From positions 428,905 to 492,904 of the forward strand of contig CAVPHZ010000002.1 in assembly GCA_963704905.1 (NCBI GenBank): DNA of 64,000 bases, written 5' to 3'. This stretch comes from Candidatus Chisholmbacteria bacterium. Lineage in GTDB: Bacteria > Patescibacteriota > Microgenomatia > UBA1400 > Chisholmbacteraceae. Shown here one piece after another: positions 18,990 to 27,312 of the stretch (position 1 is its first letter; each line of letters opens with the position of its first letter). The translations under genes were made by a program, and so were the position numbers. The notes beneath the pieces are model-generated. The model was not told the DNA's origin. It worked only from the letters and a program-made list of their open reading frames with translations, and did not search any database.

Positions 18990-20780
18990 CTACTTCTTGA
19001 TTCTCGCAGGCAAATAAATAACATCCCATGTCATAGGGTACTTACCGAGAATGTCTTCCATTTTGCCAGCTTCGATCGCTTGAAAAACCTTCCAGTTATG
19101 CTCGATCACATCTGGCAGTGATAAAAGCCCTGGTGTCTCCATCTGTAGTGTCACCATAATCTGTTGATTATTCATCGCCGGATCCAAAAACCAATTGATC
19201 ATATCCTGATACGTAATCGAGCTTCTCCTACCTATTGGTCGCCCAACATCATCATCCTCGAAAAACTGAATCCCATGTGCTTGACCTGGTTGATCCGCCA
19301 TGATCAATGGAAAAAAGAAAGAATCACCGCCGGGAGTTACCGTTTCACAGAGGACTTTGATGGTATTCTCATATGCAAAGTATGGCCAAGAGGCTATACC
19401 CCGAACTACGCACGAAAATCCTTTGTCACGAATATAACCTGTGTCACCTGTCACAATACTCTTCGACTCAAAATTCATATCATAATCAGCAAACCTCCCA
19501 AGCGTAGCAGGAACCATCTCTCCGTCTTCGTTCTGTGTAAACATGGGTTTTATTTGAGCCTCGTCTATAGGAACAAAAGACGAAGCAGGGAAAACATCAC
19601 AGTCATTAACCACCTTGCCCTCAAAGGTAAACTCTTGGCATACCTTCGCCGCTTTGGGAACAAAAGACTTCAGTTCCCCTGCACCGGTATCATATTCATA
19701 CACCGGCCGGTATCTGCCTTCTTGAAAGACCAGCGTCCTGCCGTTGATTTTCTCAACCCGGTCAGCTTGTTCTTCTGGTGTCTGCCAGGTTCCCATATCT
19801 CGATTCCAGAAAGACCATCTGCCGTCTTCACCCTCCTCAACAGCCTGCGCCTCCACCCACTGCCCTGGCTCTCCACCAGGTCCGTCAGGGTCAGCAAATC
19901 TCATCATTGGGTTGCCATTGGTATCAATCGCCACGTACCCATGGTCTATGGTGAGGATCGCAGTTGCTCCTTCGGGAGTCGGACCATACTCGGGAGTGAC
20001 TGTCGGCAACGGCATGAGTGTGGACGTACTCCTGGGTGTGCTGGTAAACCGCTGCACAGGGGTAGTGGTCAATGTGGGAACAACAGCCGGTTTCGTTGCA
20101 ATCTCCTCAGGTGTGAGTGCTTGTTGACAAGCCTGCAAAAACGCTGTGAAGGATGCGGTCAAAGGCACCAGCCACTTCCCCCCTCCGGATCCGTTTCCAT
20201 TGTCAGGAGTAGGTGATGATCCGCTGTCGGGAGAGTGAGTTGGGCCTTCGACAATCTGCTGGACACCTCCCGGTCCTCCGCTTGCTCCGCCGGCAAGCAG
20301 TGAGACAATCAGCAGGGTATTCATCGTCTTGACTGCCCAGCCGGGTAGCTCAATCAGTTCCCCGTTATCTTCTAGCGGAATGCCGGTTGCAGCATCACGG
20401 ATGACCAGCGCATCCCATTCCTGCGGTGAGACTCCGATATACTTGTCATAGGGGGTTCTTTGAGGCAGGTGAAATGGGTGTCCGTTCCCCAGCCGTTCCT
20501 TTGTCCTGGAAGGAAGGGATCCGAAACCCTGATGAGAAAGTGCGTCAGCAAAAGCCATAATTGGTGAATTGGCTGGAATTATACCAGAGTACTGGTCAGA
20601 GGAAATCACTACCGCAAATTGAAAAATCCAGACTATTTCGGTACTTGACGATAATCTTGAAAAAAACGGCGTTCTTTGAAACAGTAACCATACAAATCTA
20701 TTGATTTGCATCCATCCAGGCTTGCAGTGCATCTTCGGGGACAAATATCGATTCTGTATGAAAAACATTAGGTGTATCAA
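18990..20780 (-). CDS. paralog-array membrane protein 3; N-terminus diverged/truncated, start uncertain
   Basis: Same architecture as paralog 2 from YSGIIPANSPIMAFADAL onward. Upstream of nt ~20591 the sequence departs from the other copies, and the longest ORF start (20780) overlaps the 3' end of paralog 4; alternative Met starts lie at 20732 and 20711. Confidence 0.5.
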   Translation of the reverse strand: MIHLMFFIQNRYLSPKMHCKPGWMQINRFVWLLFQRTPFFSRLSSSTEIVWIFQFAVVISSDQYSGIIPANSPIMAFADALSHQGFGSLPSRTKERLGNGHPFHLPQRTPYDKYIGVSPQEWDALVIRDAATGIPLEDNGELIELPGWAVKTMNTLLIVSLLAGGASGGPGGVQQIVEGPTHSPDSGSSPTPDNGNGSGGGKWLVPLTASFTAFLQACQQALTPEEIATKPAVVPTLTTTPVQRFTSTPRSTSTLMPLPTVTPEYGPTPEGATAILTIDHGYVAIDTNGNPMMRFADPDGPGGEPGQWVEAQAVEEGEDGRWSFWNRDMGTWQTPEEQADRVEKINGRTLVFQEGRYRPVYEYDTGAGELKSFVPKAAKVCQEFTFEGKVVNDCDVFPASSFVPIDEAQIKPMFTQNEDGEMVPATLGRFADYDMNFESKSIVTGDTGYIRDKGFSCVVRGIASWPYFAYENTIKVLCETVTPGGDSFFFPLIMADQPGQAHGIQFFEDDDVGRPIGRRSSITYQDMINWFLDPAMNNQQIMVTLQMETPGLLSLPDVIEHNWKVFQAIEAGKMEDILGKYPMTWDVIYLPARIKK

Positions 20781-22230
20781 TACTCATTGGAACTCCCTGC
20801 TCCAAAACTTCGAGAAACGGATGAAAATAGTCCATACTGGGATCAACTTCTGCCCTCTGATTATCCTCATCAGACCAGCGCAATGTGATGATAATCTGCT
20901 GATTTCTCATAAACTCTGACTTGAAAAACTCTATCATCTCTAGCGAATTTAATGGAGTGAATTGAGCATTCTCTATAGGAATGGCAGCATGTGGGGAGAG
21001 ATTTTCCTTGATGCTCTCTCTCGGTACAGAAAATATCCACCAGAGAGGGCTTGAGTTTTCTATGGAGTTGAACGCTTCAGGATCACTATCCTCAAGTGAC
21101 CAGTCAAGTTTGGAGTCTGCTATAGTAACAAGAGCTGATTGCAGTCCGCCATCCAAACGCAGCAGACATTCACTCTTGATAGTGTTTGGGCCATCTAAAT
21201 ATTCCCATGGTACCCACTCTCCTGTCACAACACAGGCAACTGATTTGTATACACTTACAATACCTTGGTACTCAATAACCTTGTCCAATTCAGGGATGTG
21301 CCCGTCAGCAAGCGTGACTGACTGCCCGTTTCGCATCATCTGCAGAGTGCTGATAGTGGCGTCATCAAGCGGTTCGCGGAAATCTGGTAAGCCGGCACAA
21401 TCGTCAAGATAGCCAAGTACTGCGTCGTTTCGTTGACACACCCGCTTCACTCCAACCGCATTGGGAACCTCACTGGTCATCACAGATACAGGAGTATTCT
21501 TGGGTGTTGGCTCAAGAGTAGGCTTAGGGAACAGTGTGGTTATTGGAGTAAGCCTGGGAGTAATCCGTGGTGTGCTGGTAAACCGCTGCACAGGGGTAGT
21601 GGTCAATGTGGGAACAACAGCCGGTTTCGTTGCAATCTCCTCAGGTGTGAGTGCTTGTTGACAAGCCTGCAAAAACGCTGTGAAGGATGCGGTCAAAGGC
21701 ACCAGCCACTTCCCCCCTCCGGATCCGTTTCCATTGTCAGGAGTAGGTGATGATCCACTGTCGGGAGAGTGAGTTGGGCCTTCGACAATCTGCTGGACAC
21801 CTCCCGGTCCTCCGCTTGCTCCGCCGGCAAGCAGTGAGACAATCAGCAGGGTATTCATCGTCTTGACTGCCCAGCCGGGTAGCTCAATCAGTTCCCCGTT
21901 ATCTTCTAGCGGAATGCCGGTTGCAGCATCACGGATGACCAGCGCATCCCATTCCTGCGGTGAGACTCCGATATACTTGTCATAGGGGGTTCTTTGAGGC
22001 AGGTGAAATGGGTGTCCGTTCCCCAGCCGTTCCTTTGTCCTGGAAGGAAGGGATCCGAAACCCTGATGAGAAAGTGCGTCAGCAAAAGCCATAATTGGTG
22101 AATTGGCTGGAATTATACCAGAGTAACAATCAGAATGATGAAAACTTTTCAAAAAGAGCACCGCTTCCGCAATACTGCCAGGAAAAACGAAACCAGAGCC
22201 ATCTGGTGTTTTGTCCTCCAGGGGTGTCAA
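20698..22230 (-). CDS. paralog-array membrane protein 4 (510 aa) with divergent C-terminal domain
   Basis: N-terminal 215 aa are identical to paralog 2, including TM and linker. The C-terminal domain is diverged but keeps the MRNQQI motif. Its upstream region is a copy of that of paralog 2. Confidence 0.6.
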   Translation of the reverse strand: MTPLEDKTPDGSGFVFPGSIAEAVLFLKSFHHSDCYSGIIPANSPIMAFADALSHQGFGSLPSRTKERLGNGHPFHLPQRTPYDKYIGVSPQEWDALVIRDAATGIPLEDNGELIELPGWAVKTMNTLLIVSLLAGGASGGPGGVQQIVEGPTHSPDSGSSPTPDNGNGSGGGKWLVPLTASFTAFLQACQQALTPEEIATKPAVVPTLTTTPVQRFTSTPRITPRLTPITTLFPKPTLEPTPKNTPVSVMTSEVPNAVGVKRVCQRNDAVLGYLDDCAGLPDFREPLDDATISTLQMMRNGQSVTLADGHIPELDKVIEYQGIVSVYKSVACVVTGEWVPWEYLDGPNTIKSECLLRLDGGLQSALVTIADSKLDWSLEDSDPEAFNSIENSSPLWWIFSVPRESIKENLSPHAAIPIENAQFTPLNSLEMIEFFKSEFMRNQQIIITLRWSDEDNQRAEVDPSMDYFHPFLEVLEQGVPMSIDTPNVFHTESIFVPEDALQAWMDANQ

Positions 22231-22751
22231 AACAACCGATAAAACCTGTCTGGAACGGGTCGGTTCATGAATGATGGAAATCGCAGGGTTAAATCGATGA
22301 TCATATCAATCGCCCTGCTCACCATCAGCAGTGCTACATTATTTGTTTGAAAACAAAAAGTCTGTCCCCTGACTCTCCAAGTGGAACTCAAGTGAGGTAA
22401 AAAACTGATAGTAGTAAAAAGCGGAAAGAAGCACCATGCGTTATACCGCTGCATCATTCAATCTGGAATACTCGTGAACCCGTTGAATCAGCCAAATGAA
22501 GTTATCCTGCGGTAGTGTCTGGCTCTTCTTTGGAGGAGTCTTGCTCCCCAGCCAAAAAAGAAACTCCTTGACGAAGATGTCATCAACCTTCCAACCGGTC
22601 TCTCGCTTGAAGAGTCTAACCAAGTCTGCCTTTGATTGCCATGCTAAAAAGGACGCGGCTCTTCCCATGTGCAGTCTATGTACCACAGAAACTTGACCGT
22701 TTGCAATGCATACTTGATATGAACAGATGACCATAATGGTAAAATCGAAAA

Positions 22752-23742
22752 ATGAGGAAAAATCAACCGGCGGATTTTCCAAACCGAATTCAAAGAGCTG
22801 ATCCTCTCGGAATTCGCAGTACAACATCCAAAGCTGTCAAAAACCTAACGCTCGTGGATTTTGATCAGGACAAAATCGTGCAATTGGCAGCGGAACTGAA
22901 ATCACGGATTGATAAAAAATTGCTCCTCACCGATAGTCAGTTCGGATCCGGAGAAATAACACCCCAGCATATCTTCGTCCTGGATGTCGTCAACCATTGC
23001 TTCTGGGCAAAAAAAGGAGAAAAAAAATGGCAGGTTGAATATCCGAAAGAGGTTATCACCGACGGATGGGAAGCGCTTATATCGTAGTTTTACAAGAGCA
23101 ATTCATGAAAAAGTGCCTATCCTCAATGCAGCGTATCTCGAAACAATAACTACAAGAGACGTGCGTCACCTGTTCCTAAGCGCCAATCACACCTCTATAC
23201 CCCTCCTTAATGAACGAGTGAAAAACCTCAGAGAAGCAGGATATATCTTAAAAACTCGATTCGATGCTGACATCATCAACCTGCTAAAACTATCAAAGTT
23301 CGATGCCGCCCAAATTATCAAAAATATTGTCAAGAACTTCCCTTCTTTTCAGGATGTTTCCAAGCTAAACGGCAAATCGGTGAATTTCTATAAACGGGCA
23401 CAAATATTTGCCTATGACGTATCTATGCTCAAGCGGATAAGCATAACAAATCTGGAAGTGCTTACCGTGTTCGCAGACTACAAGGTGCCCCAGCTGCTGC
23501 GAGCACTTGGAGCAATACGGTACGCCTCATCGCTTGCCGATAAGGTTGACAGCTACCAGCTACTTCCGAAAGGAAGCCGCGAAGAAACGGAAATCCGCGT
23601 GGCCACCGTCGTTGTCGGGGAACGCCTTTCCGAAATCCTCGGTGTCTCCGCCTCGCTCGTGGATAATGCACTATGGAAACTTGCAAAAGATCTGAAAGAG
23701 AATAATCAGCCCTACCACCGGACCCTTACGACAAGTTACTAA
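22752..23742 (+). pseudogene. queuosine-salvage protein Qng1/DUF2419 homolog interrupted by a frameshift
   Basis: Two overlapping ORFs (22752..23087 frame 0; 22984..23742 frame 1) together carry Qng1 hallmarks: VVNHCFW...GWEAL (first frame) then TRAIHEKVPILNAAYLETIT, NFYKRAQIFAYDV and VFADYKVPQLLRALGAIRY (second frame). The frame switch lies around 23075-23090. An A-rich run (gggcaaaaaaaggagaaaaaaaatgg, 23005-23030) lies just upstream. Confidence 0.55.
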
Positions 23743-24296
23743 TCCTCTTCTTGCATCTCTCCCTCGATAAGAATTCGGATAAACTCTGATCGGGAAAGAC
23801 CCTTCTTCTTGACTACCTGAGTAAGATATTCATCAATCTCAGGTGAAATAAAGAAGGTAAACCGCCGATTTGAAATACTTTCCACTTCATCAAGAGTCCA
23901 ATCAAGCACCTCGGGAAGACTCTGCAGGTCATACTCACTCTTGATAAGTCTCTTCGAGTGAAATGGATTAATAAAAATCGGATCATAGCCGTGTTGGTGT
24001 AAAAGCACAACCGGCTTTCCCCTGCTAAGAAGAAGCCCTGCTTCAAATCCGACATGCAGGCTGGAGGGATGCGAGCCTTCAACGAACACCGCATCACACT
24101 CTCGAGTGAACACGGTCCACTCTTTGTACCAATCGGTAAGTTTTTTTTGAGAAACATCATGGTTCTCAGGAAGGTGGCGCGAAAGGACGGTCGTAAATAC
24201 CTCGTGACCTTGCTTCTCCAAATGGTCAACAATCGTTCGATAGACCTTCCCGAACTGATCAAAATGGGTTATTGAAGCGGTAAAATAGATCTTCAT
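23739..24296 (-). CDS. nucleoside 2-deoxyribosyltransferase-like (SLOG/Rossmann) domain fused to a C-terminal ribbon-helix-helix DNA-binding domain
   Basis: N-terminus MKIYFTASITHF...GHEVF and ECDAVFVEGSHPSSLHVGFEAGLLLSRGKPVVLL fit the NDT-like family pattern. C-terminus FTFFISPEIDEYLTQVVKKKGLSRSEFIRILIE is a CopG/Arc-type RHH. Confidence 0.5.
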   Translation of the reverse strand: MKIYFTASITHFDQFGKVYRTIVDHLEKQGHEVFTTVLSRHLPENHDVSQKKLTDWYKEWTVFTRECDAVFVEGSHPSSLHVGFEAGLLLSRGKPVVLLHQHGYDPIFINPFHSKRLIKSEYDLQSLPEVLDWTLDEVESISNRRFTFFISPEIDEYLTQVVKKKGLSRSEFIRILIEGEMQEED

Positions 24297-24356
24297 ATCG
24301 TAGCAATGATCTCTTCTGGAAAAGTGATGTTACCATGAGATAAGCATGCTCATAAT

Positions 24357-25022
24357 TTATTTCTCTGCAACCAGGCTAAACCATTTCGGCAAACGTGCCT
24401 CAGTATGTGGACTGGTTTCCGACCAGACGAGATGAAACCCCGCTGCTTCAACCATAGTAACGATTTCCTGCTTACGAAAAAGCGTCAAATACCGTGGACC
24501 GCCGATGTCCTGTACAACATAGACCCGTTTTTTCCCAAGCTTAAGTGAAAGATAAAGAACCCCTCCGGGCTTTAAAAATATCCGGAAATCTCGAAGAGCA
24601 CCTGGAAGATCTGAACGGGGAATATAGGTCAATGCATCGGCATAGACCGCATCAAAGCTTTCCGGTAGGAATGGTAATGAACGCGGGTCAAGGTGAACGA
24701 ACATGCCGTTAGGAACCCGTTTTAGTGCCTCGGTAAGCAAACCGTAAGAAAAGCTGGTTCCCAGGCAGCGAAAACCTTCTTCGGTAAGCAACGTATAATC
24801 CCGTCCGCTTTGACAACCGACAATGAGTACCTTACATCCTTTTTGGGCATACTTGGTAAATGGCTTGATATTATACTTTTTTACCTCTTGCACAGTCTTT
24901 GCACGCCACTCCCATTTCTCTGCATACGTATCGGCAAACCGGTCATAGGTCTGCATCGTGACAAACACCTGGGTCTCGGACAGATCATTCTCTGAAAGCA
25001 AGCGGTACGGCGTCTTTCTCAT
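24357..25022 (-). CDS. class I SAM-dependent methyltransferase
   Basis: KVLIVGCQSGRDYTLL (motif I) ... DAVYADALTYIP ... LKPGGVLYL (post-I/II motifs). Start is placed at the internal Met (MRKTPYRLL). Confidence 0.65.
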   Translation of the reverse strand: MRKTPYRLLSENDLSETQVFVTMQTYDRFADTYAEKWEWRAKTVQEVKKYNIKPFTKYAQKGCKVLIVGCQSGRDYTLLTEEGFRCLGTSFSYGLLTEALKRVPNGMFVHLDPRSLPFLPESFDAVYADALTYIPRSDLPGALRDFRIFLKPGGVLYLSLKLGKKRVYVVQDIGGPRYLTLFRKQEIVTMVEAAGFHLVWSETSPHTEARLPKWFSLVAEK

Positions 25023-25106
25023 TTCTATTAGCTGCCTAATATTGATAAATAGCACCGGAAGTATAACAAATCCCCCCGAACACTCAAGACATATCAGATT
25101 CATACA

Positions 25107-25904
25107 TCAGTGCAAAGTCAACCGGGAACGGAAGATTAGAAACCCAAAACGAAGAAGATCTAACTGACGCTTCAATCTCCATGGCTGCCTGACTAACCGA
25201 TACATCCAATCCAGTCCTAGCCTGGTCATAAATTGAGGAGGCTTGAGGCTTGGATCAACGATCATATCAATCGCCCCGCCCACAACCATGCCAACCTTGA
25301 TATCCAGCTGTTTGAGATTGTCATAAAGCCACTTCTCCTGCCATGGAGCCCCATAGCCGACAAATAAAAGATCCGGCTTAAATCGATTAATCTGGCGAAC
25401 TATCCTCTCATTCTCCTCTTCAGAGTAATCGCGAATATCCCAATGCCCCTCAATTCCTTTTATTTGAGCCATAATTCTTAAAGGTTCCGAACCTTTAAGA
25501 TCATACTGTAATTTTTTTGCTGCTTCCTGAGCAACACCCACTTTTCCCCCAACCAACATCACTCTCCAACCATTCTCTTTAGCACTGTCTATCAAGCTAT
25601 TCATGATTTCTTCGCCCGTCACTCTACCTAAAATGACAGGACCGGACCCTGTCAGTAAACGGCTCGCCCACACTAAGCCCACGCCATCGCAGAGTGCTAA
25701 CGATGCCTCATTCAAAATCGTGCGGAAACGCTCGTCCTTTTGCGCCATCATCACCTGTTCAGGATTCGGAGTCACTATCATCCGTTTCGCCTTTTGTTCG
25801 ATAAATTGCTCAATCGTCGCTAAAACTTCCCGCCTGGTAATCGCGGAGATATGGACACCGAGAATGGAAATAGATGGTTGAATCGAATGGTTTAATGTTG
25901 ACAT
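25107..25904 (-). CDS. WecB/TagA/CpsF-family glycosyltransferase (GT26)
   Basis: ILGVHISAIT...RMIVTPNPEQVMMAQKDERF...LALCDGVGLVWASRLL...FVGYGAPWQEKWLYDN...RLGLDWMYRLVRQPWRL matches the GT26 family signature. Confidence 0.7.
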   Translation of the reverse strand: MSTLNHSIQPSISILGVHISAITRREVLATIEQFIEQKAKRMIVTPNPEQVMMAQKDERFRTILNEASLALCDGVGLVWASRLLTGSGPVILGRVTGEEIMNSLIDSAKENGWRVMLVGGKVGVAQEAAKKLQYDLKGSEPLRIMAQIKGIEGHWDIRDYSEEENERIVRQINRFKPDLLFVGYGAPWQEKWLYDNLKQLDIKVGMVVGGAIDMIVDPSLKPPQFMTRLGLDWMYRLVRQPWRLKRQLDLLRFGFLIFRSRLTLH

Positions 25905-26092
25905 ACAAAACTGCTGACAAGAACCGAGAGTATATTATTATATAGTATAGATATATCTTATATTCTACGTAGTATTCTAAATTGAATAGCTTTACTACTC
26001 AAATCTAATCAGGTTCATAAGCCTGGTAAATCAAGTTGGGTAGGCAACTGATATGAGAGATATAACAAACTTATCCAGGATAGCAAAAAAAA
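25905..26092 (-). promoter_or_regulatory. AT-rich intergenic region, probable promoter for the GT26 gene
   Basis: 188-bp, very AT-rich spacer (tatattattatatagtatagatatatct...) between the GT4 and GT26 genes. No specific -35/-10 assignment attempted. Confidence 0.2.
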
Positions 26093-27286
26093 TCACTTCT
26101 CCTGACGAACAGCCGATTCAAATACCGAGAGTGTCGCTCTCGCCGTCCTCTCCCACGTGAACTGTTTCACTCGTCTCAGTCCTTTTTCAACCAAACCTTC
26201 TCTCAGCTCTTGGCTTGATAATACCAGTTTCATCGCTTCTGAAAGTTCATCAACCGACGTAGGTTCTACCAACAATCCCGCATTGCCAACAACCTCAGCC
26301 AAAGCTCCAGCTCTTGATGAAACAACCGGCGTTCTGGCTGCCATCGCCTCAAGGACAGGTAACCCGAATCCTTCTGTCAAACTAGGTTGAACATAGAGCT
26401 CAGCTTCTTGAAAAAGCACTGGTAGGTGTTCATCCTCAACAAATCCAATGAACTTAACCTGATCCGCAACCCCAAGTTTTCCAGGCATTCGTAACACATC
26501 GTCATACATCCACCCCAACTTCCCGGCAATCACCAGCGCTAGTGAGTCCAAATCGTCATGTTGAGTTTCCGATCGTGAACCTAAGTTCACGTTCCCGATA
26601 TCGGTCTTCGTTTCATGCTTCTTAAGCCGAGCAAATGCCTCAATCAGCCGAACCAAGTTCTTTCTCGGCTGAATCACCCCAACAAACAGCACATAAGGCG
26701 AAGTAATACCCAGGTCCTTATGCATTTTTCCTTTTTCCGCATGTGAAAGTTTCTTTCCAAATCGCTTGGCATCCACACCTTCGGAAACAACAGTAATTTT
26801 TTCAGACTCAGCACCAAGTCTTCGGATAAGATCATCCTTTGTAAACTGAGACACGGCAATCAGCTGGGAGGAATGATTCACCGCATACCGGGTTGAAGAG
26901 GTTAAATAATACTTCTGCGGCACTTTATAGTGCTCAGGCAGATACTCATACTCGAGTCCATGAATTGTTACAACGGTTGGCAAACCGCTTCTTCTCAACA
27001 CTGGCAACGTATGCGCCGGGACAAACAGCAAATCAAGATTATCCTTCCACGTGGCCAGTGCCAAACCGCCCTGCGTCCACAACCTCGGCCATCGAAGCTG
27101 TTTGACCCAAACATTCGGCCGACCTTTAAAGGTCTCACCCTGCAAGATAGGCTGTCTACGCACATAGACAATATATTTATTCTTCCGATCAATCTTGAGA
27201 AGCGCTCGAAGAAGTTGATACGAATAATTCTCTGTTCCGCTCCTCTTTTCTTCAAACGCCCTTGATGCATCAAAACCGATGGTCAT
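26093..27286 (-). CDS. glycosyltransferase family 4 (GT-B, group 1)
   Basis: C-terminal EGFGLPVLEAMAARTPVVSS is the GT4 E-X7-E region. 397 aa. Confidence 0.7.
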   Translation of the reverse strand: MTIGFDASRAFEEKRSGTENYSYQLLRALLKIDRKNKYIVYVRRQPILQGETFKGRPNVWVKQLRWPRLWTQGGLALATWKDNLDLLFVPAHTLPVLRRSGLPTVVTIHGLEYEYLPEHYKVPQKYYLTSSTRYAVNHSSQLIAVSQFTKDDLIRRLGAESEKITVVSEGVDAKRFGKKLSHAEKGKMHKDLGITSPYVLFVGVIQPRKNLVRLIEAFARLKKHETKTDIGNVNLGSRSETQHDDLDSLALVIAGKLGWMYDDVLRMPGKLGVADQVKFIGFVEDEHLPVLFQEAELYVQPSLTEGFGLPVLEAMAARTPVVSSRAGALAEVVGNAGLLVEPTSVDELSEAMKLVLSSQELREGLVEKGLRRVKQFTWERTARATLSVFESAVRQEK

Positions 27287-27312
27287 ACGCCAACTATATC
27301 AGGTAAGTAAAA

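Noticed and set aside
14163-22480. Possibility that the long near-identical repeats are a CRISPR array or an insertion-sequence cluster
   Set aside because: Repeat units are hundreds of bp long, lie inside long ORFs in a consistent frame, and have no short repeat-spacer periodicity. No transposase-like ORF or terminal inverted repeats were seen.
22441-22827. 128-aa minus-strand ORF between the array and the Qng1 gene
   Set aside because: It overlaps the well-supported start region of the Qng1 homolog by 76 nt and partly lies in the duplicated upstream block. It has no motifs and is more likely a chance ORF in a 520-bp regulatory spacer.
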